Source of the DNA: Lingula anatina
Lineage: Eukaryota; Animalia; Brachiopoda
Direction: 5' to 3'
Assembly (NCBI GenBank): GCA_051362555.1
Contig: CM120644.1
Location: forward strand, 23,954,534-24,018,533
DNA length: 64,000 nt
The notes under the pieces are model-generated. The model ran no database searches and was not told the DNA's origin. It saw nothing but the letters and a program-made list of their open reading frames with translations. The position numbers were made by a program, and so were the translations under genes. Shown here piece by piece: positions 1 to 13,654 of the stretch (its first letter is position 1; each line of letters opens with the position of its first letter).

Positions 1-1558
1 GTAAGTGACAGCTACGAGTGAACAAGGAGCAGGGGGTGTTTAGTAAGGAGCAGGGGGTGTTTAGTAGTGTAACTTGACTTGATTGACATGACCTTGTAAT
101 GTAAACGAGGGAGAACGCTGTAAGAGGTTGAAGGGAGAGGAAAACATTGTAGATAGAGTAGTTACGAAGTAATAATAAAGGTTATGAAAGAACACGAAAT
201 TGTTTAGTTTTACCCCGCGCATCAAGTAAGACAAAGTCAATATCGCCGTCACAACCATGAGGAATAGACACATGGTTGCTTACACTTGGGGTGATTATTT
301 CGACAAGTCATAAAGTGTCATATAAATAATTTGATGACTTGGATAAAGCCTCCGCGGCAACAATAATACATGTTAAAATACTGCAGCTTTCTACTCTAGG
401 GCTGTACCGTGGAACGGATACGAATCGCAACGGTTTCAGAACATTTCAGCGCACCTTTAAATCCCACACACCCAGGGGGGATTATATTACACTGTTTTCA
501 AACAGTTACACTGGCTCTGTGATACATAGTTTATTTTATTAATTTTTGTAGGCATTTTTTAATCAATCAGCACCTCTTACCTACTGGAGCTAGTCGAACT
601 TTACCTCACAATACTTAATTAAAGATCACTCGATCAGTTATTGCTGACGGCATATAATGCTACCCTGAGTGTCAGAGCCCCTGTCAAGCTAGATTGTTTA
701 CTATTGAAACGTTTTGACGCAATCGCTTCACAGACGCTCTGACGAACAGCGGCCACGTTACATTTCCGTCAATCAAATAAAACTGCTCCGCAGTGAATCT
801 GCAGTTGAATGTCATCAAACCAAAATGCAGCGTAAAACAAATTTAAATCTGCTTTATATAATTTTATTTACTGTATTTAAAATGTAAAATGAAAAAATAA
901 ATAATATTCTTCGAAAAGAAAATATATATCCAATGTTTTTGTATTTTTTGTTTATCAAAAAACATTTGTCCCTGGAGGTATGAACGCGTCCTTGCCGTGT
1001 GCCAAGTTTGACAGCTACACTGTATGCCCGATACCAATATAAGGGCTGCACAATGGCTACATCAGAATCAGTTTTTAAAGCTGCGCGAGATAACGTCAGC
1101 GCAAGGCTGGAAAGGCAGCTCCAGGCGGCCAAAACCTGTGACGTACGACTCATGACTTCCAAATATAGATCCAGGCGGATTCAGCTGTGATGTGTGACTT
1201 CCAAATATGGAAGCGCCCCAGGCAAAATTTTGAAGAAGAATGCCTACGGATCGTGGGTATTCGCTAGAGCTTAGTATTGCTGATATGGGTTATATATGAA
1301 ATCAAGATCGAGCTGGCAATACCGGAATCTAGAACCTAGGGTACATAATGCCAGATTGAAAACTTACTAAATCTACAAATTCATCGACAGAAGTACGGAA
1401 CATTCCTCTTATTTGCTTATAAACAGCAGAGAATGAGTAAAAAATAACTAAAATGGTTAATCTTTTATTAAATCGTTTATGTTTACTAAGAAAAAATATT
1501 ACTTTAATTCAGTTTCATTTGCTGTCATAGATTTGCTAATTTTTTTTTGTTTGTTTGT

Positions 1559-1589
<31 letters not shown>

Positions 1590-1644
1590 TTTTTTTTTTT
1601 TTAACCTATCACCCATCTAAGACTTTAACTTATGTTATCAGACA

Positions 1645-3300
1645 TCAAATGCCTGTGTCTGCAAACACATTTCTAAACATTGCTACTGGATAGATATCTG
1701 GTCTCACTTCTGGAGCATGGTAATCATTTAACTCCATTTTGACTTCGGCTTCTGTATAAGATTCCACCTGTCCTTTTGCCCCATGTTGCATATAATCATC
1801 TTGGAATTCCTTTTTTATAGACTGTGGTGAAAGTATTGTCCTATTCAGTTCATTCCTTCCTTGAAGTTCCTTTTTTACAGGCGGATATGAAATTCCAGTG
1901 TGAACCATTTCATGTCGTTTGCAAACCTTTTTGCAAATAAAACTCTTTTTGCAATGCTGGTATTTGAATGGTTTTTCTCCAGTATGGGTCATTTTATGTT
2001 CTATACAACTCCGTTTACTGCTATAACATTTTTCGCAATGCTGGCATTTGGATGGTTTTTCTCCAGTGTGGGTCATTTTATGTTCTATACAACTCCGTTT
2101 ACTGCTATAACATTTTTCGCAATGCTGGCATTTGGATGGTTTTTCTCCAGTGTGGGACATGTCATGTTGTGCACAGCTTTGGTTAAACCTAAAACACTTT
2201 TCACAATACTGACATTTATATGTTTTTTCTCCTGAGTGGATCATTTCATGGTGTTTACATCTATCTTTGGCGGTAAAGCTTTTTTCACAATACTGGCATT
2301 TGAATGTTTTTTCTCCAGTGTGAATCATTTGATGTCGTTTGCAAACCTTTTTGAAACTAAAACACTTTTCACAATGCTGGCATTTGAATGGTTTTTCTCC
2401 AGTATGGGTCATTTCATGTCATTTGCAAACCTTTTTGCAACTAAAACTCTTTTCACAATGCTGGCATTTGAATGGTTTTTCTCCAGTATGGGTCATTTGA
2501 ATGGTTTTGCTCCTGTGTGGATCATTTCATGTTGTTTACATTTATCTCTGACAGTAAAGCTTTTTTCACAATACTGGCATTTGAATGTTTTTTCTCCAGT
2601 GTGAATCATTTCATGTCGTTTGCAAAGCTTTTTGAAACTAAAACACTTTTCACAATGCTGGCATTTGAATGGTTTTTCTCCAGTATGGGTCTTTTCATGT
2701 CGTTTTTGCAACTAAAACTCTTTTCACAATGCTGGCATTTGAATGGTTTTTCTCCAGTATGGGTCATTTGAATGGTTTTGCTCCTGTGTGGATCATTTAA
2801 TGTTGTTTACATTTATCTCTGACAGTAAAGCTTTTTTCACAATACTGGCATTTGAATGGTTTTTCTCCAGTGTGAATCATTTCATGACGTTTGCAAACCT
2901 TTTTGAAACTAAAACACTTTTCACGACGCTGCCATTTGAATGGTTTTTCTCCAGTATGGGTCATTTCATGTCGCGTACAATTATATTTAAGGATAAAACT
3001 TTTTCACAATGCTGGCATTTGAATGGTTTTTCCCCACTGTGAATCATTTCATGCTTTATACATGTGCTTTTGACAGTAAAACTCTTATCACAATACTGGC
3101 ATTTGAATGGTTTTTTTCCAGTGTGAACCATTTCATGTTGTTTACAGTGACCTTTGAAATTAAAACTCTTATCACAATACTGGCATTTGAATGGCTTATC
3201 CACAGGACTGGATAGTGTCTGTCTCCTTTCTTCATGGTGAAAACACTAACTGCTGCTGCTGAACGTTTTGTTACAAAACAGAGATCTGTTCTCATAGTGG
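1645..3300 (-). pseudogene. C2H2 (Kruppel-type) zinc-finger array gene, frameshifted
   Basis: Tandem 84-bp units encoding CxxC...HxxxH with TGEKPF linkers in ORFs 2961-3203, 2493-2711 and 1645-2412. Frame is broken by a 1-nt loss near 3000, 55-nt deletions near 2765 and 2495 and a 10-nt deletion near 2702. 5' end uncertain. Confidence 0.85.
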
Positions 3301-3870
3301 TATGAATTAAAGAAAAGCCAATCCTTCGGTGGTAGTTCCTTGAATTTCTAAGACTTTTATTTTAGTCACTCAGGTTTGAATTCCTGGTTTTCCTATTATA
3401 ATGTCACCTTCACTTCCATCCATAAATGACCTTTATGGTGCTCCATTGTTAAGCAAACTGAAAAAAAAAATAAATAAAAAAAATGAAGTCGAAGTATCGG
3501 TACTTGTACCTTCTTTTAAGAGCTGCAATGAATGAGGGTAAAAACTTACCACAAGACCCGATGTGGCGTGTACTGCTCGGAGCGTGAACCATCCGTTCTG
3601 CTCATGTGCACAAAGCGCAGGCAAATCTGAAAGACTTCCGGCATGTACAGCCAGTCTCTATCGAGTCATCAATACCTCTCAGCTAGCCATATATCAACAC
3701 ACTAGCCTAGTAAAATCAATACTAAAGTAGTGCGCCAACAGCTGAATAACGACGGCCTGTCCACGGTAGGTTCATGATTCTCTATCAAAATTTTCAATTA
3801 ACACATGAATCACACCTCCAAATATCCCCATCTTTGCTTTGATGTGAGATGAAGAACGCTTCCTATGTTA

Positions 3871-3884
3871 CAGGGCCGTAGCCT

Positions 3885-3928
<44 letters not shown>

Positions 3929-4138
3929 CTTGAGGTGCCAAAAAATAATCGCAATTTCTGACTTCTAATTGAGCAATAAGTAACAGTTAAAATGCACCAG
4001 AATGCAGTATTATACATAGTTTTTAAAAATTTCCACACCGTGGGAGGGGGACCTCCCACACCCTCCCCGCTCGGGGGCTTCGCCCCCTCGTGTCCGCTTA
4101 CTGCCGCCCCCTGGCATTTTGCTCAGGCTACGGCCCTG
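3871..4138. mobile_element. MITE with 14-bp TIRs
   Basis: CAGGGCCGTAGCCT...AGGCTACGGCCCTG flanked by TA on both sides; internal poly-G; no coding capacity. Confidence 0.8.
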
Positions 4139-4465
4139 TATTGCTGTTTTCAGTAACCAAATCAAAATACAAATAAAACAATTTAACACACATACTGTGT
4201 AGTTCATACATTTGAATAACGAGTTTCAGCATCCTCATTGTTTCCTAAAGCTACAAGCTCACCAAAAATGCTGAGTGCTTTTCTGATTACCCTAGTTAAA
4301 AATGACTGACCAGTCTAAGTAATGACATCTGTCGTCACGTGTATTGCCTCGTTTTCGCACGATAAAAAGGTGGGGGGGTTGTATCGCAGCCCTGGCCCGT
4401 GTATAATGCTGACGCAACAAGCTGACAACGGCTACCTATAAGGAGGCCAAGAAGATAACAAAATA

Positions 4466-5833
4466 TACATACCTAGGGATGTTATATGACCGTGGCGATA
4501 TGATGATCACTGAAGCCTGTCCATTTAGCCAAGCTTCAGTGAAGATCGAGGGCAACCTCGAGCCGCTACCCAAAAATATCTCGCTTCACTCGACATTTCT
4601 GCGTAGCGTCTCTCGGAAAACTCGGATTTTACCTCGATGTAGTCTAGAATTTCACGACTACATCTTGGTTAAATCAGTCGAGGTCTCTTAAATGCTGAAA
4701 GCCAAAGACAGAGTGATCATGTGACCATCTTGGCATCAAGAGAATAGTGACGTTGCTTGCGTTATACACCTACCATTAGACAAATTTAAAATCTCTCACA
4801 CTCTTGAAAAATTAGCATAAACTTTTAACGTTTAACAATTATTATTTATAATTTTATTACACTAAGTCATATCATATATGGTTTGAAAACGGAAATTCGT
4901 TTACATTTAAGCCACACGTGCATACATGTACAAATTATTTGTAAATCTGTAACTTTTTAACGAGGGTTGTGCTATTTACCTTTTGTTTTAGAGCTGTTCA
5001 TTCTTCTTCTTTATCAGATACATCGGTTAAAATCAAATATATTCCCCTTTGAACTTGTAATTACATGTATCACATAAATGCTCTCAAAACCAGCACATGT
5101 ACCGGGGTATATTCCGAACCGCCTCGTAGTAAGAAATGTCACCAAAACGTAGGATTGTTACTCCTGTGGACATGAAATTAACATCCGTTTGAATTTGACT
5201 ATATTCCGTAACCGCCTCGTCGTCAGAAATAACAATAAAAACTAGAATTATTATTCCCGTGAACTTGTAACAAACATCCGTTTGATTTTGACCATATTCC
5301 GAAACTGCCTCGTTGCCAGAAATATCACCAAAAAGTAAATCTCTTTCTCCTTTGCACTTGTGAAAAATTATATTCCGGTCCGACGCTCCTTATTTATCAG
5401 AAATGTCACTAAAAGGTAGAGGTTTTGCCTTGGGACCTTTTTTCCTCAGCAGTCCCAGCTAGGTGTGGCTCAGCTGAGACGCGCATGGTCAGTGTTGACG
5501 GTTGATTAAATACTTTTCAAGCCAGTTGAACGTCCACGACAAGTATTTAGCAAAAATTGACCAAATTGGTCAGACATTACGTAAGAATTTAGCGGGAGGT
5601 GACCAGCGCACATGGACGAGTTTATTCCGTATAACATCTCTAGAGCGTGATATAGGGTCACTTTATTCGATTTTAGGGGTGTTTTAGGATGAAATGACTA
5701 TGTTTGTTCTCGGTATGTATGTCAAATAATACACTGTCACCCTCTCGCGATATATGCCATGAACACCTCTCGCTGACGCTCGAGGTGTTATGGCATATAT
5801 CGCTCGGGAGACAGTGTATTATCTCACACATAA
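4466..5833. mobile_element. ~1.35-kb non-coding interspersed element, copy 1 (hairpin-rich ends, unclassified)
   Basis: Aligns end to end with 21659-23005 at high identity by eye. Long imperfect hairpin at ~5727-5822 and short hairpins near the left end (gatgtagtc...gactacatc). Confidence 0.8.
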
Positions 5834-6073
5834 GAACGATTCATTGTAAGGGAGCGGCATTGCATTATTTGACACACAAACAAAAGGAAATCGTACGTAT
5901 TTCCCGCCCAAATCCACTAATTAAGCGTAAGAATACGCTGATTTCACCGCTCTGATACCAACACTCCTAGGGTGATACAATATGAAGGTCCTTTGTTTAC
6001 TTTATTTACCGGTGTCCAGCCATTTCTCCAACAAGGTCAGGTCGAGGAAATATCGGTTCACGCGGAGCCCTTT

Positions 6074-6173
6074 ACCGAGCAGGCAAACGACATTGATTCT
6101 ACGTTGATTCAACGTTAATCCACCAAAATTAACGTTGATTCAACGGTGAATCAATGTTGTTTGTCTGCTGGGT
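6074..6173. mobile_element. ~100-bp palindromic MITE
   Basis: accgagcaggcaaacgacattgattc...gaatcaatgttgtttgtctgctgggt; near-perfect foldback; absent from the sister repeat units. Confidence 0.7.
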
Positions 6174-6788
6174 TACGTCTTAGTGCGGATATCGCTCACA
6201 GTCCTTGCGGCTTCAATTAAGATCGATATGCTGTCGGTGTAACCCCCTCCTAACGTTTTAAACACCCAAGCAGTCAGAATAAGGAAACACGCAACTTCAG
6301 ATCCATGCATGTGGATAAATCTAAGGTTTAGACATATTAATATTTATGTGCCTTATATAAACACCAAGGGGGTAAGTAAAAGGGAACAAATAAATTTCAA
6401 CCATGTATTATTACGATCGATCACCGCAAGTCCACCAAACAATACCCGTAGGAGATGTACGCAATATCATGTACGACCTACCTGTAGAGGTCCACGGTTT
6501 CAAATAAGATGTCAAAAGTTTTCGCTCGACTAATTGTGGAATGTACGGAGGCCATAAATCCGTACGGTTTCGCACAACCCCCGTCTACACGTACCTTACC
6601 TCAGACGCCACACGAAATGGGACATACCGACAGTGTAAGAGCGCCATATACTAGACTTCGCAGGACGCACGCACTTGATAATCTAAGTTTTAGAACCGGG
6701 GGGGGGGGGGGGATGTCAACAACACTACTGTTTTACGGCATACAGGTTTTATTTTCATACAAATCGTCATAACAAGAGAACATTCGAT

Positions 6789-6824
<36 letters not shown>

Positions 6825-7071
6825 AGAATGTATACGGTTATCGATCATGAACAGATTTATACACATTATTATGCACCTCACGTAAATCCTACATACTATC
6901 TCCAGTATTGAACGTGATATATTTAAGGAAGTTGACTATTATTACGCCTAGGGTGATATCAGTCCCACAGTATGGAGGCCCTGCGTTAACTTCATGCACG
7001 GGTGCCGTGCCATTTCTCCCACAAGGTCAGGTCGATAAAAAATCGATTCGCACGGAGCCATTTTCGCTTAA

Positions 7072-8104
7072 CCCTCAAGAGACCAAGCTATTTTACTGAC
7101 TGAAATGACCAAGTGGGGTCATCTATGACCCCATTGTGCTCTGTACAGGGATCCTTATTATATAAGGCTGTTGATGGTTTATCACACCTTTACTACTCCT
7201 AGGATTTAAGACAAGTATTTAATAATGATCTAATTTAATAATTATTCGGTAATAATACTTTTATTGCATAGAATAACCAAGCACAGATTTTAAGAACAAC
7301 ATTACACCGGTATTTAGACAGTCCTTGTCAGTCTCTACTTGCAGAAGTATTTCTCTTTTTATATCCACACTAAATGAAAAAAGTACATTACAAAATTACT
7401 TTGAGTAAAAATATTTTGACTTATGTTGAGATAGCATCTTGCTAAATTCAATAAGAATAATTAGCTGACTTGCTGAGTAGGGAATACCCTAATGCTGGTA
7501 AGGAAGTCACACTACTCAGAACACATTCAATCAACCTACATGTATGTTACTACCACATCTGTGTATAAAACAAAATCCACACATACAATTTGTTAATATA
7601 TGTATAATATGATGTTGACAGAATTCTTTAGATTTCCAAAATACCCGAAAATTGTAACCGTCAAAATGAGAGACCCAATTATGAGAACACGTTCCAACAA
7701 AGCTACTGAAATTAGATTCAGCGATGCACTGTTAGTAACACTTCAAGCACAATCTTCACAAACCACTTATCTGTGCCTTTGTTTTGGGCACACTGGCTGG
7801 TTGCATGAAACACATGCATGTGACATTTCTCTGTCAGTGTTGCTAGGGCAAAACATTTGAATAAAATTTAAAAACTAATATTTAAAAGCCAATGCTTCTC
7901 TTTGGGGTCATAAATGACCCCACAAGAGGTTGTGATGTATACGCCATACTAATTGATTGATCCCTACAAAAAACTGTGAAAGTGTGTAGGATTAGTAGAC
8001 TGACAAACTCATGCAAGGAAAGAAAATTCGAATAAAAAATAAAAAGATGGCACATTAAATCATATGGCTGGGGTCGTAAATGACCCCACTCGGTCACTTG
8101 AGGG
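7072..8104. mobile_element. Non-autonomous piggyBac-like element
   Basis: TTAA target duplication (7068-7071, 8105-8108), CCCT...AGGG termini with TIR CCCTCAAG(A/T)GACC(A/G)AG, and palindromic ggggtc-N6-gacccc subterminal motifs near 7115, 7904 and 8070. Confidence 0.85.
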
Positions 8105-11100
8105 TTAATGCTGATGCCGCACAACATTACATGAAGATCAACATGCTGTCGATGCCCCCCCCCCCCCCCCAACTGCCCCCCCCCCCCCCCCATAATGTTT
8201 TAAGCATCCAAGTAGTCAGAATAAAGAAACACAACTTCAAATCCATGCATGAGGATAAAACTAAGCTTTAGACATATTGCTATTTACTTGCCTTACATAG
8301 GGAAAGGGACCATATTATATTCAACCATTATCACGATCGATCTCCACAAATTCATCTATACTAACAATGTCCGTATTAGTGGAGTGGCTTCTGGTTAAAA
8401 AAAAATGGACAGATTGTGACACCGTGGATGGGGTGTGCGCAGTGCCATCTACGACCTAGTATAGAGGCCCATTTTTTCAAATAAAAAGTTGTAGGGCCTA
8501 ATTTTTCGATCGACAAAACCGCGAAATATGCAGAGGCCACGAATCCATATGATTTCGTACAACCCCGCCTACCGCGCAGTGTACGAGCACTGTATGTGGA
8601 TATCACAGGACTCATGTAGGGAATACTGTACATGTACTTTGTAATCTAAGCTTTAGAAACACAGAGGGGGTCTAAAACATAACTATTTTAATCGATATCG
8701 TTACTGTTTTCGGACAGAACGCCATAATAACAAAACAAAAAAGGTAGTTTTTGTTAGAATGTACCGTTATCGATTCTGTAAAGATTTATGCAAATGTCAT
8801 TATGCACCCTACTAAAAAGGGTTATTCACATACCCTGCAGTAAACTTCAGCTTTCGAATTTCAGGAAGATTTCAGGCGACTCAGCAATCTGTACACTTGA
8901 CAAATGTTTAAATCGGTAACCACTAAATTATAAACACTATGAAAACAATTAATTTCAAAATAAAGTGCGCTGAAAACACCGCACCTCAACATGCATAAAT
9001 AAAACGACAGGTCCAGGTCACGTGGTCGATTGACAACAAGCCACAGGGGAAAAGCCAGCACGTTATATTAAACTGATCTGTCATTGTCTAAGAGTTCCCA
9101 AACTCAGTAGACGTGAACGCAACTCCTGCAATTCCAGTGCTGTCAGGACAGGCGATTGTACCTGACAAGGTGAGTGGTTCCATGCTCATGGAGTGCTGAA
9201 TGGAAGAAAAGTGTCAATTATTACGTGTTACTGTATATGTACTTTATCAGTCTGTGTATTTTTGCCTCTGACACCTATTTTCAGTAATTTTAGCATTATA
9301 GGCCATTATGCTAGACTGCATCATAGCTTTTTGTAGGTCGCCAAACAGGCAAATAAAAACCTACGTTTATAAGAGACTTTAAGGTGAACGCATGGTCTAA
9401 ACCTTGATTACCCCTCACTTAACTTCTGGTTGGATTAGGTAAACAATGTGAGTCCGGTGCATAGACCCCTGTTATTAAAATGATCGGTTTATTTATACCC
9501 CGTCTATATTATACTCAAGTTCCAAACACCATTGACTTAAGTTGTGTTCATTGCCAAGTTGATATTTTGTTATTCGCCCTACTAGATATTTTGATCCCCA
9601 TTGCAACATTCTATTTTTTGACAATCAGTGAGGCCCGCAAAGTTGGCTTACGTGTTGTTACCAAAGCTCAGTAATACTTATGTTTTTTTCCCCTCTCTTC
9701 TTTACCCTGTAGTTTTTTTATGATTACCAAAACTCTTTAGGATTGCCTTTTTCAGAAACCAGTAGTTTATTTGGAAGAGTAAATTTGCTCTCATTCTTTC
9801 TTTGTTTTACTAGTTGTTTCTATTTCTTTGTAGCTAATTGTAAGGTTTACGAAACGTAGCTGTTGTATGTTCTGATGGAAGTTGATATGTATACTAGTGT
9901 TACTCATAAATGTCGACTAGACATGGTCACGTAACTTCATTGTGACTGATGTGTTGGGTCTAAAGTCCTCAGGGAGGCTTCCACCTTATTGTGTAGAAAA
10001 AATGAGCCTGGAATTGTGTGGGTGGATTTTTTAAAATGCTTATGCTGTTCATTGTTCTAAGCGGAGATACGTTTGCAGCATTTTCAATATTTATTAATTT
10101 ATCAGAAGTGGTTTTTAATCCCTCTTCAGATGACGGAAAGTGTGTATACTTTCAAGAGCCTACACAAATTTCTCAGTGGAATTTGTTTCCCAAATGTAGC
10201 GGTCTAATTGTGTAGATACTGTGAGGTGACTGATAATCATCCAAAATATGACACGAAGAAGCACTACTACTTAATTATATTTCCAGCAGTCTCTGTTGGC
10301 AAGTCATAAACAGTTTTTCCCAGGATGTTTTGAGGGTCCTTTCTTCTGAGGGCCAATCGGAAAAAAGGGGAAATCATGTATATTCGAAAAAAAATATTTT
10401 GAAACAAATACGTAGACATCATTAAATTATGCAATGAACTTAATGTAATCTGTCACTGTTGTTATATGATCGAAATAGTGATACAAAGACACAATATAAA
10501 ACAAAATGTAAGAATAACATCAATATCCCAGGCAACGTAATCATGAAAGAATATGTATTGACTACAAGAAATTAAATATTTTAATATTTAAAAGTTAATA
10601 CTTAAAAGTCTGTAAAACTGCCATGATTCTTACTAAAACGGAATATGCAAAACAGTCATTGCAGTATACCGTGGGTGATTCATAGCATATTATTGTACCT
10701 TTTGAAACTATATCGATCTTCCTTATTTAGTATATGCCCAGTATGGACTCTTGCCAGTATAATATTGACATATTTTGTATGCGGTGAATTATTAAATACG
10801 GAAAATTCGCCTTATAAAACATATGCATAAGTTGATGTGGACCTGTAGGAAATCGATTTTTGATAAAACCATTTTTCTGTTGATTTCTATTGACGTCATT
10901 GCACAGCAAAGCTGTTATTAAAGGGAATATTTCTGTGCTCCATGAAAGAGACCATTGTAAAAAAATCGAACTGAATGAAGACCTAAAGCTTATCGATCAA
11001 CTAAGTCGTGTTTTTTAATTAACATTCCAGCGCGTGCTAGGGAGTTTACCGTGTGTCCTTTCACATATTAATCACTCATTCATATTTAGGTCCATTAAAA

Positions 11101-11180
11101 TATTTGATTTTATGCGATTTTAACTACGCGACAGAGGGAATGTTTGTCCAGGTGTAACGAAACTTACATCAGCCTAGCAA

Positions 11181-11183
<3 letters not shown>

Positions 11184-11232
<49 letters not shown>
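11184..11232. repeat. (TA)n microsatellite at the retrotransposon boundary
   Basis: Pure TA run abutting terminal repeat B2. Confidence 0.95.
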
Positions 11233-11233
<1 letters not shown>

Positions 11234-12324
11234 TTATTCGTTTCACTTAATCGCATATAAATCATTTATTGTCTAATAACTCGCAACGAAAACACCAACC
11301 ACCGTTTCCAATACAAATCATTTATTTCGTTAACCCTTGCTATGAGCTGTTGTTTGCTTGGCTGCGTTACAGAATGCGTACACACCACGCACTGACTGTC
11401 ATTCACAAACTCTCCGACTATAACCATTTACAAACTTCTCTTATTTCCTCTACTTCTGCTATTTTCTTTTCAACCACCTTTTATATATTTCAATAAATTC
11501 TTTCGTTCCATATTTGAACTATTTCATTTTTATAGATATATTACCGAATGTGTAAATGCCCAGAATTTACTGTACCTCAGAAACCATTATTTTCTAATGT
11601 CTTATCCCAACTACTATCTCTTCTTTGTTACCAATTTTGTACATTTTACACTGATCTATGTTTTCTTCATTAATCATAATTATTTCTAAGCACATACCCT
11701 TTAATACTCCAATTAACTTATTACAACTGTTCCATTTTGTGCCTTCTCTGATGTATTACTTTCTTGACCAAACTTCTATATCATTTAAAATATTCTTTGT
11801 TTTATATTTGCGATTTACTTGGACCTGACGCAGCAAGCTGAAAACAGCCTCGAATGAAATCTGCTCATCTCACATTTCCTTTTATACTATTGTGCAATGC
11901 ACAATCTGCGCATGTCAAACTCCGCGCCCTATGAACTCATTTCCTCACCTGAATTGCTTCTCTAACACATTTTGCGTTGACTCGTTAAACGACAATAAAT
12001 TCATTTATATACTTATTCGTTTCACTTAATCGCATATAAATCATTCATTGTCTAATAACTCGCAACGAAAACACCAACCACCGTTTCCAATACAAATCAT
12101 TTATTTCGTTAACCCTTGCTATGAGCTGTTGTTTGCTTGGCTGCGTCGACCACAAAGAACGGGCAATTTTCATTTATTCTTATTCTTTAAAAAACAACCA
12201 TAAAATTATTTTATTATTAAGACATATATGTATACTTACCAGCTGAAAACAAATATATATTTATATATTTACCTTTATAACAAATTTAAAAATGAACACG
12301 TATTATTTATCTTAATATTTCTTT

Positions 12325-13311
12325 TTATATTCCAATATTTAGAGACACTTGAATCCTTTTTGACAAACTATCTTTTATATATCCGTCTTTCGCTTTATCA
12401 GAAATCCAACGTCCATGTTTTTTAAACAAACGGTCTTTTACTCCAAAATTTGCTGCCGCTGTAGCTCCTCCCGCACGCATACTATGTAAACCAAACTTTT
12501 GTCTGTCAAATCCTAATATTTCTAGCTTTTGTAAAATAACTTCTCTAATTCTTGTATACGACATTTTTCCGTTTTTACGTAAAATGTGCTTTTTGGATTT
12601 CTTTAAATAACTAACTGGTCTAAATATAAAATTATCTGAATGTTCTTCAATGTTAGCTGCTTCCAAATATCTTTGTAAAAAAGCATATGGACATGTAGAT
12701 TTCCCAGTTTTAGCAATCAAAACCGTAGATCCGTCCCTGTAAATGTCAGTTTTACTTTTTTCTATAAATATCTCAAAATATTGTTCTGTAAAAGAAATAT
12801 CCGATCTTTTAATATTGCATACCTCGCTATATCTCAAAAAAACCTGCAAATGATATAAGGCATATACAAACATCTCGTAAATCTGCTAAACTAGCATTTG
12901 TATTAGCGAAATGTTAATCATCATTTCTAACATTTTCGGAGTAACTATTTCCTTTTTTACTGTTTTCTTGCGTGACGTTCTCTTTGACGCTTCAACAATA
13001 TTATTTATCACAGGATTATCACACGGATTTGGATTTATACCTGCTATTTCATGTGTCCATTTTAAACCATATTTAACGTCTTGAATCGTTCCTGGTTTAC
13101 ACGAATGCTGTATCAAACTCAACATGTAAAGTGCAATGTGATGCGTTTGAGCTGGAAAAACTTTTACTTCTTCAAAATTACTCGCCCATTTTTTCCATCT
13201 CTGAAATACGGATGAGTACTTGCGTACAGTATTTTCTGCTCTTGAATGTTCCAAAACCTGTGGTAAATCTGCAGCCAAACTCTTTAGTGTTGTGTCCTGT
13301 ACCTCTCTCAT
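12325..13311 (-). CDS. Tyrosine recombinase of the retrotransposon (frameshift near 12880-12920)
   Basis: N-terminal SAM-like part (HSRAENTVRKYSSVFQRWKKW) in 12886-13311. Catalytic part 12325-12873 has R (FLRYSE), K (KSKTD), HxxR (HSMRAGGAT), HGRW and Y (DGYI). Confidence 0.9.
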
Positions 13312-13654
13312 CTTTGTCCAAATCCCTGTTCTGAAAATCTGTAATAGAAAATGTCCTTTCGCATCAATACCACAAATGCAATTTCTATGCTACTTGTCTT
13401 TAATCTTTCTCTCTGATCTTTATTTATTTCATTATGTCAACTTCACTATTCAACATTCACCTTACAATTCCTCTTTTATATGACATATTTTCATTCTATA
13501 ATTTGCATTTTTTTTTTAAACTTCAACCTGCAAACATGTAACAAGTTTTTCTTTTAACCATTACCATGTCATTACTTTTTATAATTTATCAATATGTATT
13601 AATTTTACATGTAAAACTGAATTTATATCCCATTTATCTTTTCAAATCCAATTT

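Larger units (their letters stand above)
5960..8830. repeat. Two diverged ~1-kb tandem units, each interrupted by a TE; third copy at ~23090-23750
   Basis: Shared anchors in the same order: acaaggtcagg (6031, 7021, 23145), atccatgcat (6301, 8241), tacgatcgatc/cacgatcgatc (6412, 8332), ataatctaag/gtaatctaag (6678, 8641), ttatcgat (6838, 8767). Confidence 0.65.

Noticed and set aside
1900-3215. Hydrophobic + strand ORFs
   Set aside because: Antisense shadows of the zinc-finger repeats.
3885-3925. Long G/C homopolymers as G-quadruplex regulators (also ~8155, ~25832, ~26340)
   Set aside because: Mostly inside MITEs or repeats, and homopolymer lengths are unreliable in assemblies.
9020-10230. 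Possible non-coding exons (donor AAG|GTGAGT ~9171; ttcag| ~10128 to GAG|GTGACT ~10226)
   Set aside because: Splice-like motifs only; no coding signal or transcript evidence to assign them to a gene.
11368-11809. Extra ORF between A2 and B2
   Set aside because: Purine-rich and coding-like on the - strand but interrupted by stops; no recognisable domain.
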